A stretch of 63,625 nucleotides of DNA, filler included, from 8 parts of 8 records of this genome joined end to end with filler, not necessarily neighbours in it; one strand, 5' to 3'; positions 30,310 through 40,766 are shown, counted from the first letter of the whole stretch. A program made the numbers and translations. The notes: generated by a model not told the origin, from the sequence alone.

Positions 30310-31518
30310 TTAAAGTCTGGGAACCATCAAATTCAATGAAATCAATGAATAGGCCGAAACCAGGACAGGATCATTTTCCCACCACCTTGCCGAAGGGTTG
30401 ATCCAGGACCCGTCCTCCCTCTGATTCTGAATCAGTTTCACGGCCAGTTCTTTCCGCCAGTCAACTTCCCGGCCGTCCGTGGTAACCATGAGGTCATCCC
30501 CGTAGACCGTGAGGGCCTTGGCCATGGTATGGTAATAATAATAGAGCCCCTGCTGGCCCACCCCCGGATTTTCATCCAGGGTATAATTGGATTTGAGCCA
30601 GCCGTAGGCGGCCTGAACCCTGGCATCTTCTTTATCCAGCTTGGCATAGATAAAGCTGAGCAGGCCGGCATAGGTCATGGACCCGTAGGAACGCAGGGCG
30701 GTCTTTCCCGATGCAAGGGTTTCTTCCCCTGCCTTGGAACTGCCCGGATAATAGACAAACCCGCCCTTGTTTTTTTTGTCCGCACTGGACCAGGCCTGGT
30801 CATTGGAGCCCGGCAGGTTCTGGCACCGCTGGATGAACTTTAAAGCCGCCTCCCAGTCCAGGGAAGATTTCTGCAGCCCCTTAAGCTCCCTGTAGACTTG
30901 AAGCTGATCGTCGGATTCAAGGAATTCGCTGGCCCGGAGGGCTTCCAGGGCCATATAGGTATTGGACATATCCGAATGGTCCTTGGTTCCGTACCCGATG
31001 CCCCCGTCAAATTTCTGATCTGTGGCCCCTTTTTCGCCCCGGTCCAGCTGGAGGGTGGCGATATAGCGCCTGGCCTTGAGGATATGGGGATGGTATTTCG
31101 TCTCATTGGCGGCCAGCAGGGCCATGAGACAGATGGAAGTATTATAGTTGGGCAGCCCCTCCTTAAAAATCGCCCCGTTTTCGTGGGCGTTGGAGACAAT
31201 AAACTCCAGGGCCTTTTCAATGAACCGTGGCTTTTCCACGGCGTTCCGGTGCAGGGGCGAGGTTAAAAAGGCATAGGTCACAAGGCCGGTGATGGCCGGG
31301 AACCCGGGGTTGGACCAGGATCCGTCCGGGTTCTGGGCCTTTTGGAGATAAGTGTACCCCATGTCCAGGGTCCGTTTAATCTCGTTTTTCAGGGACAGTG
31401 TATCATGGCCGGACTTCAGTGTCTTTTCCACGCCCATGGCAGGGCCATAGATAAAAATAAGTATAATGGCCAGGGAAAATACATTAAACAAATATCTCTT
31501 CTTGGGTCGAATTTTCAT
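30310..31518 (-). CDS. Exported prenyltransferase/squalene-cyclase repeat protein
   Basis: Signal peptide; QNPDGSW, DGGIGY, GGFVY, YGSMTYAGLLS, LYYYY and QREDGSW repeats. Confidence 0.85.
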   Translation of the reverse strand: MKIRPKKRYLFNVFSLAIILIFIYGPAMGVEKTLKSGHDTLSLKNEIKRTLDMGYTYLQKAQNPDGSWSNPGFPAITGLVTYAFLTSPLHRNAVEKPRFIEKALEFIVSNAHENGAIFKEGLPNYNTSICLMALLAANETKYHPHILKARRYIATLQLDRGEKGATDQKFDGGIGYGTKDHSDMSNTYMALEALRASEFLESDDQLQVYRELKGLQKSSLDWEAALKFIQRCQNLPGSNDQAWSSADKKNKGGFVYYPGSSKAGEETLASGKTALRSYGSMTYAGLLSFIYAKLDKEDARVQAAYGWLKSNYTLDENPGVGQQGLYYYYHTMAKALTVYGDDLMVTTDGREVDWRKELAVKLIQNQREDGSWINPSARWWENDPVLVSAYSLISLNLMVPRL

Positions 31519-31904
31519 ATTCCCTCCTGTAAAAAAATGTACGAATCGGGTTCTATATGGTTACGATCTACGTCCCTGTTCCAGGGGCATCGTTCTGATA
31601 AACGGGTATAAACCGATGCTTAAACATGCAATTAATATACCGATCTCAGCATGACCGCCCGGATCACTCATGTTCCCGGGATTGATTTCGCCGATTCGGG
31701 ATCTAAACAGGTCAGATGGAATATAATCCGCCAATTTGAGAATTTTTTTCACATAATTATGAGTTTTTTTTCTATTCCTATGGTTCAATGGTTTGAATTG
31801 GACCTGGCCGGTACCCAGAATATCTGCCCGGCATGCTTTCCGAACCAGCCTACGACCCCGTGAATATTGGGTTAAAAAGAATGTCAGTTTTTATCCATGT
31901 TAAG

Positions 31905-31920
31905 TGGCATATTTTATGCA
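31905..31920 (+). promoter_or_regulatory. Sigma54 (-24/-12) promoter upstream of the PEP-CTERM gene
   Basis: TGGCAT-N5-ATGCA with GG and GC at canonical spacing. Confidence 0.55.
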
Positions 31921-32099
31921 GAACTTTTATATAGCATTTATTTAAGTACCACCTGCATTTTTCCTAAATATTCCAGTTGGCACTATGTTTCTCCTCTGCT
32001 GCTCAGTTCTCCCCTATATGCGGGTTGGCGGCGATTAAACAACGGCAAAAGGGTTAAGCCCGACAGATAATCCAATTATCAAAAGGAGGTAAAGGAAAA

Positions 32100-32747
32100 A
32101 TGATCAAACGTGTACTTTATTCATTCATTTTCATGGTGACAGGATTTTTATTGGCCGCGTCGGTTTCCTGGGCGACATACATGGCCGAAATCACCTATGA
32201 CTATACCGGCGGACCGGGCAGTTATGTGTTTGACTTTACGATTAAAAACACCTCTGACGGCGGCAGCACCGGTCCCTTGGACTATTTTTCCATTGATTTC
32301 GATGCCGGTGATGCCAGCCAGTATACCCTGATTCCGGGGGATTCCGATTTTGATGCTCTGGGAACCTATGCCTGGGTCGCCAATAACGGATGGTTTTCAG
32401 AAGCCTCTGAATATGATCCGGGATTCGGCGGAACCCCGGCCAATGTCCTGGCTGATGATTCGGTCTTCGGCGGGGGAGGCGGGGGCATCGCCCAGGGGGC
32501 AAGCCTTGGGGGATTCAAGGTGAAGTTTGACTATGCCGGCCCCCTGGCCCCTGAAAACATGAGTTTTCCTGGATCGCAGAATTTGGCACCAGCGACGTTG
32601 ACAACGGGGGAATTGATATGGGCGGATACTGGATCCTGGGAGATGACGCAGGGCAAACGGTTTATGAACAACAGGGACCGCCCCAGCCGCCCGTTATTCC
32701 CGAGCCCGGCACCATAATCCTTCTGGGATTCGGTCTTCTGGGGGTTG
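32100..32747 (+). CDS. PEP-CTERM sorting-domain protein, frameshift ~32565, 3' partial
   Basis: AAGGAGG RBS, signal peptide, Gly/Asp-rich body; C-terminal PVIPEPGTIILLGFGLLGV in the shifted frame. Confidence 0.85.
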
Positions 32748-32847
32748 NNNNNNNNNNNNNNNNNNNNNNNNNNNNNNNNNNNNNNNNNNNNTTAATTAAT
32801 TAANNNNNNNNNNNNNNNNNNNNNNNNNNNNNNNNNNNNNNNNNNNN
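32748..32847. other. Artificial contig linker
   Basis: N44-TTAATTAATTAA-N44. Confidence 0.98.
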
Positions 32848-33171
32848 TTAGGTTATGGTAAGAGAACTGATCTTGATGATTATCCACTACAATCGAGAGG
32901 TGGAAAAGGAGTTATAAACATCAAATCTAATTCAAAAACAGGTGATGTTGTAGAGATTAAACTTGTAATTGATGATGAAGAATTAATGGCAATTACTTCT
33001 AATGGTGTTGTTATTAGAACACCAGTTGACACTATCTCGAATATTGGAAGATCTACTCAAGGTGTAAAAGTTATGAGAGTTTCTGAAAATGAAAAGGTAG
33101 TTTCAATAGTAAAAGTCAAAAAAAATATGGAAGAGGTTCTTGACGAAGAAGTTCTTGAAGATGAAGAGTAA
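32848..33171 (+). CDS. gyrA: DNA gyrase subunit A C-terminus, 5' partial
   Basis: GYGKRT..Y..QSRGGKGV and IGRSTQGVKVM pinwheel blades, acidic tail. Confidence 0.9.
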   Translation, partial: LGYGKRTDLDDYPLQSRGGKGVINIKSNSKTGDVVEIKLVIDDEELMAITSNGVVIRTPVDTISNIGRSTQGVKVMRVSENEKVVSIVKVKKNMEEVLDEEVLEDEE

Positions 33172-33187
33172 TTTAAATTAGAATATA

Positions 33188-33216
33188 AAAAATGCCTGCA
33201 CATGCAGGCATTTTTT
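33188..33216. terminator. Bidirectional terminator
   Basis: AAAAATGCCTGCA-ca-TGCAGGCATTTTT. Confidence 0.8.
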
Positions 33217-34077
33217 ATATAAGTAAATCCAAAAAAGCTTTTTTCTCTTTTAGTTCAATGTCTAGTTTTTTAAGAATAATTTTTAACTCTTCCTGTTTTA
33301 TTCCAAACTTCTCTAAACTACGTTTTGAGATATTGACCTTTCCATGGTTTCCACTATCTCCGATTTTTTTAAATCTAACTAGTGAGTCAGCAATATGAAC
33401 AGCGTAAACTAAATCTTTATATACAGGGTTATCTATCAAATCAGGTGTATGGTGATAAAAGATACTTGAAACAATACTCTCAGGAAGTTTCCAATTAGTT
33501 GTTATTTTTTTCCTATAATACAGTGATTTATTCCCATAGTTTCATTCTCAGCTTCAAGAAGAGTAACACCTTTATTTTTGGATATATTAATTGCAGCTTT
33601 GAAGTCGTCGTAAAATAGTTGGTCTTCAAATATTTTTGCTACATCATGAAGAAGAGCAGCAGTGAAAACAAGATCTCTGTTTTCTAAATTTTTATAGTCA
33701 GCTAATATTTTAGCAGCAGTGGCAACAGCAAATGAGTGCAACCACAGTGTACCACCTTTAAAATAATTAGCTTTAAAGAATAGCTCTTTCATACTACTAA
33801 GAACAATTAATTCTCTTATGTTATTGAAACCAAGCATAACTATAGCGTCTTTTAAAGTAGCAACCTTATTATTCATGCCATAATATGCAGAATTAACCAA
33901 TTTAAGAGTTTTAAGAGTAACCGCAGGATCACCATGCATTATTTCTTCAATATTTTTAGCATTACTATTTGGATCATCCAGCTGATTTAGTATCTCATTA
34001 ATAACATTTGGTAATGTAGGGATGGAAGTAATTCCATCTAATATTTTTCTGGCTTTAATATTATCCATTTTAATCAT
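33215..34077 (-). CDS. HDOD domain protein, frameshift at the homopolymer run ~33507
   Basis: IPTLP, DPAVTLK.LKLVNSAYY, LWLHS, ALLHDVAK, NHC.IG, continuing in a shifted frame as NWKLPE..FYHH. Confidence 0.85.
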
Positions 34078-34255
34078 CCTTATCCTTTTTTAATATTTTA
34101 ATTATATAATGTGTTTATTAAAATTTTATTTGAATGCTTTCCTATATTAATAATAGCTTTAAAAGTTATAAAAATCAATATGATTTGACTTTACAAAAGA
34201 TATGTGATACTTTATATGTTGGAAAAGTGCGTGACATTACTCAGGAGGTAAATTA

Positions 34256-36352
34256 ATGAAAAAGATAAAAAAAATACTGATTGGACTAATAGTTTTAAGT
34301 CAAACGGTATTTTCATATCAAGATATAGATAAAGAAAGCTGGGAAGGAAAAGCCGTAATGGAGCTCTATGAAAAAGGGATATTAACTTCATCGATCATGG
34401 AGTTAGAGTCATTTGAGGGCGATAAAACCTTTTCAAGATATGAGATAGCTTCGATTTTATATAACAGTATAAAATACAACACTGAGCAACTTCAAATGAA
34501 TGCTGATGCTCAAGATATTGTTATATTGAAGGCTCTTATTTCAGAATATGGAAATGAATTAGGTCAGCTTGGCGCAGAAAACGACGAACTTAGAAAAGAG
34601 CTTCAAACTACAGAGGATAGAATTAATGCTAGAATGGATTCAAAATTTTCTGAATTAAGAACGGAGCTTGATAGAGTTAGAGTTAATGGAGATGTCAGTT
34701 TAGTAAAAACACTTCAAGATGAAGACGGTGAATCAGGTTTTAAGGAGATTGAACTTGAAGGAGAAGTAAATATCCTTACTAAAATAAATGATGATATAAA
34801 AGCTGAAATTAAGCTTGACCCTGAAGATGGTCTAGAGGCTTATGAGTTAAGACTTCAAAATGAAAGGTTAGAGTTAATTGTATTTGAAGATGAATCTAAC
34901 GAAAAGAGATTACCAACGTTTTTAAGTACATTTGGAATTTTAGATGGAGAAGCAATTGATGTTGAAGACGCAGTTATTGCTAAAGGAGCACTGGCAGGAA
35001 AAGATTACACAGCCTTAATGGCTAGCTCTACTGCCGGAGATATCGTAGCAGCTGAGTGGCAGGGAACATTTAACTATTTTGATTCTAGAGAGGGAACAAC
35101 TTCTGATATGGCACTCTCTTACTCATCATTAAATAATAGTGACACTGGAGCGGAAAAAGGAATATTTTCATTTGCTCCAAACTTTGAGTTTACTTTAAGT
35201 GATAAAACAAAATCTTATTTTAATTTTGAATATGGATCAATTAATAATTCTGAGGATTATGACCTAGATGGAGATTCAATTGAATATACACTACCGGCAG
35301 ATGATACAACGGCCTTATTGCTATATAATAGAGTTGAGACTACACTTAATAGTGGAGCGAAAAGAATATTCACTGTTGGAGGAATAAATACAGGAACAGA
35401 CTTTGATATTGATGGTTTAGGTGATGTTAATAAAAATCCATTTAGAGAAACTGACTTAGTTAGTGTTGAAGCTAATAAAATGGGATCAATATTTGGAGCA
35501 GAGTATAAAAATTCTGAGCTTAACTCAGCAATTTATTATTCCACTTATGCTTCGAATGACCCGTCAGATGAAAAAGAACAAAGATATAAATTATCGAACC
35601 TTTATTCTCCAATGAGAAAAAACTATAAATTAGGATTAGATCTTTTACAAGATGAATCATTTGACTATAACGCAGATGAATCAGATACTGAGTTATACAA
35701 AAGGTATATAGTTATGCCAAAACTTTACTTAAATGATATAATAAAAGATAATTCAGAAAATAAATTTATGTATGCCTATATTAGTAATGATGACACTGAT
35801 AAACAATCATGGAAACTTTATGGCGACCATACTCAGATTCTTGATAGCGAAAAAAGTGTAAAATATGTTTCGCAATACTTTGATGATAGAGAAACTGAGA
35901 GTAAAGAGATAGAGTTTGGATGGAATTTTGAAAGAACAGGAATGACTATAGGTAAAGAAGAAAAAGCTAAACCTGCTGACCTTATAATAGGAGCAAGATT
36001 AACAGATTTAGCTTATGATACAGCTAATCTTGATGATGAACGTTCAGCGAGGCTATTCTTTGCTCAGAAGATATATTATAAGTCATGGACACTTCTTTAC
36101 GGAGCAAAATATCAGATAACTTTAGAAAGAGAAACTACTAGTTCATCTCTAAAAGATTTAGATGACTCAGATGATTTTAAAGCAGGTTTTGAAATTGATT
36201 ACAACTTCTCTGATGATGTAGAAATAGGGTTTGTATATGGTCCTGCTGAAATATATGAATCAGATGATGAAGATGATTTCTTATATGATAGAACATCAGC
36301 ATTTGATGGTGAACAAGACCAGGCAACATTTAAAATTAGCGCAAAATTTTAG
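34256..36352 (+). CDS. SLH-domain + coiled-coil + beta-barrel outer-membrane protein (OmpM-like)
   Basis: Signal peptide; SLH-like YQDI...W...AV.EL..KGI...FEGD...SRYEIA; coiled coil; beta-rich body ending FKISAKF. Confidence 0.7.
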   Translation: MKKIKKILIGLIVLSQTVFSYQDIDKESWEGKAVMELYEKGILTSSIMELESFEGDKTFSRYEIASILYNSIKYNTEQLQMNADAQDIVILKALISEYGNELGQLGAENDELRKELQTTEDRINARMDSKFSELRTELDRVRVNGDVSLVKTLQDEDGESGFKEIELEGEVNILTKINDDIKAEIKLDPEDGLEAYELRLQNERLELIVFEDESNEKRLPTFLSTFGILDGEAIDVEDAVIAKGALAGKDYTALMASSTAGDIVAAEWQGTFNYFDSREGTTSDMALSYSSLNNSDTGAEKGIFSFAPNFEFTLSDKTKSYFNFEYGSINNSEDYDLDGDSIEYTLPADDTTALLLYNRVETTLNSGAKRIFTVGGINTGTDFDIDGLGDVNKNPFRETDLVSVEANKMGSIFGAEYKNSELNSAIYYSTYASNDPSDEKEQRYKLSNLYSPMRKNYKLGLDLLQDESFDYNADESDTELYKRYIVMPKLYLNDIIKDNSENKFMYAYISNDDTDKQSWKLYGDHTQILDSEKSVKYVSQYFDDRETESKEIEFGWNFERTGMTIGKEEKAKPADLIIGARLTDLAYDTANLDDERSARLFFAQKIYYKSWTLLYGAKYQITLERETTSSSLKDLDDSDDFKAGFEIDYNFSDDVEIGFVYGPAEIYESDDEDDFLYDRTSAFDGEQDQATFKISAKF

Positions 36353-36376
36353 TTAAATAAATAATTAAATATTCGA

Positions 36377-36407
36377 CGGTAGCTCTTATGAATAGAGCTA
36401 CTGTTTT
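36377..36407 (+). terminator. Rho-independent terminator
   Basis: CGGTAGCTCT-tatgaat-AGAGCTACTG-TTTT. Confidence 0.7.
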
Positions 36408-36573
36408 AATTTTATGTAATAATAAAGTATAAATTTTGTAATGTTTGATTTTACTGACCAAAAAATTACTTTTAAGTAATATCATTTCTGTATAGCTTTC
36501 AAAAAAACTTAGTTGAAATTGGCTTGGGGAAATAACGTTTTATTAAGTGATGGTTTTAAGCTAAAAGGGGAAG

Positions 36574-36720
36574 ATGATGAATAGTATTTTGGGAATAGTT
36601 TCAAATCTTCAGGTTCTATTTTATGTTTATTTGGCTTTTGTGATAGGTTATTTAACTTATGACAAAGTAAAGAAATATAACTTAACAGGACTGGATAATT
36701 ACTTAAGTAGTACAAATTAA
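36574..36720 (+). CDS. Small single-TM protein (48 aa)
   Basis: AAGGGG RBS; MMNSILGIVSNLQVLFYVYLAFVIGYLTYDKVKKYNLTGLDNYLSSTN*; terminator immediately after. Confidence 0.55.
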   Translation: MMNSILGIVSNLQVLFYVYLAFVIGYLTYDKVKKYNLTGLDNYLSSTN

Positions 36721-36728
36721 TAACAGTT

Positions 36729-36762
36729 AAAAACAGTATTCAAAAGAGAATGCTGTTTTTTT
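36729..36762 (+). terminator. Rho-independent terminator
   Basis: AAAAACAGTATTC-aaaaga-GAATGCTGTTTTTTT. Confidence 0.7.
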
Positions 36763-36774
36763 ATTTCAATTTTT

Positions 36775-36813
36775 TTGGATTTATATTATAATATATTTAT
36801 AATATAAATCCAA
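36775..36813. repeat. Perfect 17-bp inverted repeat
   Basis: TTGGATTTATATTATAA-tatat-TTATAATATAAATCCAA. Confidence 0.85.
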
Positions 36814-36942
36814 CTTTCCTTTTAATTTTAAGTGTATTTAGGTTTAGTCAAAGCTTTAATTATAAACGAAATGGACTAAAATAATTTTTAGAATATAATG
36901 GAATTTAAATACTTAAATTTAGAAAAAGTTAGGGGGAATAAA

Positions 36943-37308
36943 ATGAATATAACTACACCTGCTTTTCTATTTTCAGCAATCTCACTATTGATGGGAGCAT
37001 ATATTGCAAGGTTTTCAAAACTGGCTATACTGATTAGAGGTTTTCTAAGAAAAGAAAAGACAGAATTTAACTTGAAACAGATGAATATTTTAAAGAAAAG
37101 ATTAGTGTATGTAAAATATATACAACTTTTTTCAGTATTATCTTTATTTACAGCAACACTTTCAATGATACTGATTATGCTAAAACTAATATATTTAACA
37201 AAAATTATTTTTTCACTTAGTTTAATTATGTTTATGATATCATTAATTTTAGCATTAATTGAGCTATACTTTTCAACAACAGCACTTGAATTAAACTTAA
37301 AGGAGTGA
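36943..37308 (+). CDS. DUF2721-like membrane protein (copy 1)
   Basis: TTPAFLFSAISLL..AY..RF, L.KRL..VKYIQ, three TM segments. Confidence 0.7.
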   Translation: MNITTPAFLFSAISLLMGAYIARFSKLAILIRGFLRKEKTEFNLKQMNILKKRLVYVKYIQLFSVLSLFTATLSMILIMLKLIYLTKIIFSLSLIMFMISLILALIELYFSTTALELNLKE

Positions 37309-37313
37309 AGCAG

Positions 37314-37739
37314 ATGAATATCACCTTAACAACACCAGCTTTAATTTTTTCAACTATATCCCTGCTTTTATTAGCATATACAAATAGATTTCTAGGGGTA
37401 GCGTCTTTAATCAGAGCACTTCATGATAAAGCTAAACAGGAGGGAAGTCGAAATCCTATTATACAAAATCAGCTAAATTCCCTAAAAAAGAGAGTTAAAC
37501 TTATTAGAGATATGCAATTTTTAGCAATAGAATCGCTTTTTTTCTGTGTATTTTCTATGTTAATGCTATTTTATAACAAAATCTTAGCAGGGGAAATCCT
37601 GTTTGCAATTGCACTGATATTGCTTTTAGCATCACTTGCTCTGTCAGCAATAGAGATTAACATCTCAGTTAAGGCACTTGGTATCCAACTAAGCGAATGT
37701 ATTGGTGATGAATGTGAATTACCTATTGATAAAAAGTAG
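37314..37739 (+). CDS. DUF2721-like membrane protein (copy 2)
   Basis: TTPALIFSTISLLLLAYTNRFL..A.LIR.LH, L.KRV.LIR.MQ, EI.IS..AL. Confidence 0.8.
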   Translation: MNITLTTPALIFSTISLLLLAYTNRFLGVASLIRALHDKAKQEGSRNPIIQNQLNSLKKRVKLIRDMQFLAIESLFFCVFSMLMLFYNKILAGEILFAIALILLLASLALSAIEINISVKALGIQLSECIGDECELPIDKK

Positions 37740-37851
37740 ATTTTACTGTATCATAATTGGAGTACAATGAATTTGAAAAGTAGGTTAGCATTATAGAATT
37801 ATTTTAAATTGCTTTGAAATAGTAATTTATTAATAGAATAGGGGGTACTTG

Positions 37852-38136
37852 ATGCCAATAGTAATACCAAAATCTTTACCGGCACATGAGATATTATCAA
37901 CTGAAAATATATTTATTATGACAAAAGAGAGGTCTATGCACCAGGATATTAGACCGCTTAAAATAGTAATATTAAACTTAATGCCTACAAAGATAGAAAC
38001 TGAAACGCAACTGTTAAGATTGCTAGGTAACACGCCACTGCAAACTGAAATAACACTATTAAATACAGCAAGTTATAAATCTAAAAATGTGTCAGAGCAT
38101 CATTTAGATAGTTTTTATAAAACTTTTGATGAGATA
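37852..38136 (+). CDS. metA: Homoserine O-acyltransferase, 3' partial
   Basis: [45 protein letters not shown]. Confidence 0.95.
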
Positions 38137-38236
38137 NNNNNNNNNNNNNNNNNNNNNNNNNNNNNNNNNNNNNNNNNNNNTTAATTAATTAANNNNNNNN
38201 NNNNNNNNNNNNNNNNNNNNNNNNNNNNNNNNNNNN
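38137..38236. other. Artificial contig linker
   Basis: N44-TTAATTAATTAA-N44. Confidence 0.98.
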
Positions 38237-40754
38237 AAAATCAAAGGCTGGAATAATTATAAGAGGGGATATATCTACTAACAACTCCCCTTATATGGGA
38301 CTTTTTATTGATACTAATAAATCACAGTTAAGGTATGCAAGAAGAATTTCTAATAATAAAGCTGGAGCTAGTGCAATAGTCAGTACTTATGAATATCCTG
38401 TGTATATGAGGGTTAAAAAAGTCACAAATGGCGGTAATGTTAGTATCTATACAGCAGTTTCCCAAGACCCTACTTTTCAACAAGGTGTAAGTGAAAAAAA
38501 GGCAAGTATTCCATTTACTTCAGATACTACATATGTTGGTTTTGCAGTTTGTGCAGGAAGTGGGGCTAAAGGAGAACCTACGGCTATTTTTGATAACGTA
38601 AAAATTAAACAAAATAATAAAGTGGTATATTCATCGACTCCTGAAAGAGTTCCAAACAAACCAAAAAATTTAAATTCCATCATTGGAAATGAAGAAGTTG
38701 TTTTATCTTGGAGTAAAACTCACTTAGCAAAAAATTATTCAGTTGAATATACAAAGGATAATAAAAATTATATTGTCGCAGTAGAAAATACTAAAGATAC
38801 GAGAGCTAAAATAACTGGTTTAGAAAATGGTAAAGAGTATTCATTTATAGTTAAATCAAAAAATAAATTTGGTGAAAATGTTTCTGATAAAATTAAAGTT
38901 ACTACTGATATATCAAATTTGTTACCTCCTATGGGTTTTTCGGCAAAGCCAAAAAACAACTCTACTGTTTTAACTTGGGATAAATCAAACGGAGCTGATT
39001 CTTATGATATTTTTATTAGTAATAATGGAATTGATTTTCGTCTTATAAAAGAATCTGTAATAGATACATCTGTAATAATAGAAGATTTGAAAAATGAACA
39101 TCAATACCACTTCAAAGTAACTGCCAAAGGAACGAACATGACAAGTAAAGATTCTGATATAATGGCAGTCACTCCTAACCCTGTTCCTGAAATAGCAAAG
39201 GATTTTCTAGCTGCAACAGGTGAATCTAAAGTAAGCTTTTCATGGAAAAGAGCCAAAGGAGTAACATATACTTTTGAAAGATCCACGTCAAAAGATGGGG
39301 TTTACGAAATAATTAATTCAGGTGTTACGGACAGATTTTTTGTAGATGAAGAGCTTGATACAAACAAAACCTACTATTACAAAGTTTATCCTGTAAAAAA
39401 AGGAGTGGAGGGAGAAAGCTCTGAGTTTGTCTTCTCACCAAAGCTAAAAAATAATCCTATTAAAAAGTTAAAAATTAAGGATTCTTTTACTGCTCCTCGG
39501 TGGATTCTATCATCAAATTTTGATGAAAACATTATGCTTTTTAGCGATAGAACTTATAAAACCAGAGTAGTTCCTAAAAAATACAGAGGTCTCGATTGGC
39601 TTAGAACTGCCGTTGATTCCAAAACGTATATTGGGAAAACCTTAGCGGAATTCACTCTAAGAAATGATTCGGAACTCTATTTGGCTGTAGACAGTAGAGT
39701 TTTCAACTCTACTCTCAGCACTCCAAAGTGGATAGAAGAGGATGGATGGGTTGATACTAGTGATGTTATCATGGATGATGGCCCTTCTCAAAATGTAAAA
39801 TATATGATTTTCAGAAAAAACTTCAAAAAAAATTCTAAGGTTTCTCTTGGGGCAAATACGCCAAACGGAAATACAGGGACAGTTACATATTTTGTTCTTA
39901 TAAAGCCAAATCTTGTGAGAACTAAGGATATTCCAAACTACACCAATAAAAAAACGTTTAAATTAGATGCAGAAGTTACTCCTGATACTAAAGTCATTCT
40001 TTCTCTTAATGATAAGAAAATAGTAGATAAAACGTTTGATGGTTCATCAAGTATAATGAAGTCTATAAAACTGAATAAAGGATTAAATAAAATAGAAATT
40101 TTTGCAGAAAATTCAAAAGGGGTAACATTTTCAAAACTCTACGAGATAACTTATGATAATAAAAAACCAATTATAAAGCTCAAGAGAGAGCCTAAAAACT
40201 TTCCAAAATCTGCTTTCACAATTTTAAATGGAACTGTTGATAAGGGTAGTTTTGTTACTGTTGTTCACAATAAAAAAACTGTCTTTGAAGAAGATTTAAA
40301 AACAAATGCTCAATTTTCTAAATCATTTTCTCTAACTGAAGGCCTAAATCAAATTAGCATAACTGCTAAAGATAAAGCTGGAAATATCACAAGCAAAAAC
40401 TATGATATCAATTATAAATTTAGCGTTGAAGAAATTAAATTCTCGTCTACCCCTATAGAAGTCAATAAAGTTTCTTCTCTATCTAAAACAAATGAAATTT
40501 TTGCTTTAGCAAATATAAAAAATGAAATGAAAACAGCAAAAGAAATTGTACTTACAATACAGCTTTATGACAAGGCAAATAATATAAACAATGCGATATC
40601 ACAGCCTATTACTATTAAACCATTTGAAAATAGAACGGTTTCTGTCGGGATTCCAATGCCTTCAGGAATGAAAAAAGGTTATTCTTTAAAAGCATATGTT
40701 TGGGATGGAATCGATGATACTAATAAACTTTCAAATGTTATCAAACTTCAATAA
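38237..40754 (+). CDS. Large modular extracellular protein (ConA-like, 3x FN3, Ig-like repeats), 5' partial
   Basis: Frame open to the contig edge (SKAGIIIR...YVGFAV); FN3 repeats (LSW..Y.V..GLENGKEYSF.V); Ig-like L.EGLN.I.I.A.D.AGN. Confidence 0.7.
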
Positions 40755-40766
40755 GGGAGGCTAAAA

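Noticed and set aside
31978-31992. Second sigma54-like site TGGCAC-N5-TTCT
   Set aside because: No GC at the -12 position.
32020-32070. Possible c-di-GMP riboswitch in the PEP-CTERM 5' UTR (GGCAAA and a hairpin)
   Set aside because: It lacks the GAAA-tetraloop P2 and GCAAA/P3 elements; only a simple imperfect hairpin is seen.
24043-32502. Many overlapping alternative-frame and antisense ORFs in the GC-rich fragments (also 58217-63335)
   Set aside because: They are shadow ORFs of recognisable genes, expected where stop codons are rare, and have no motifs.
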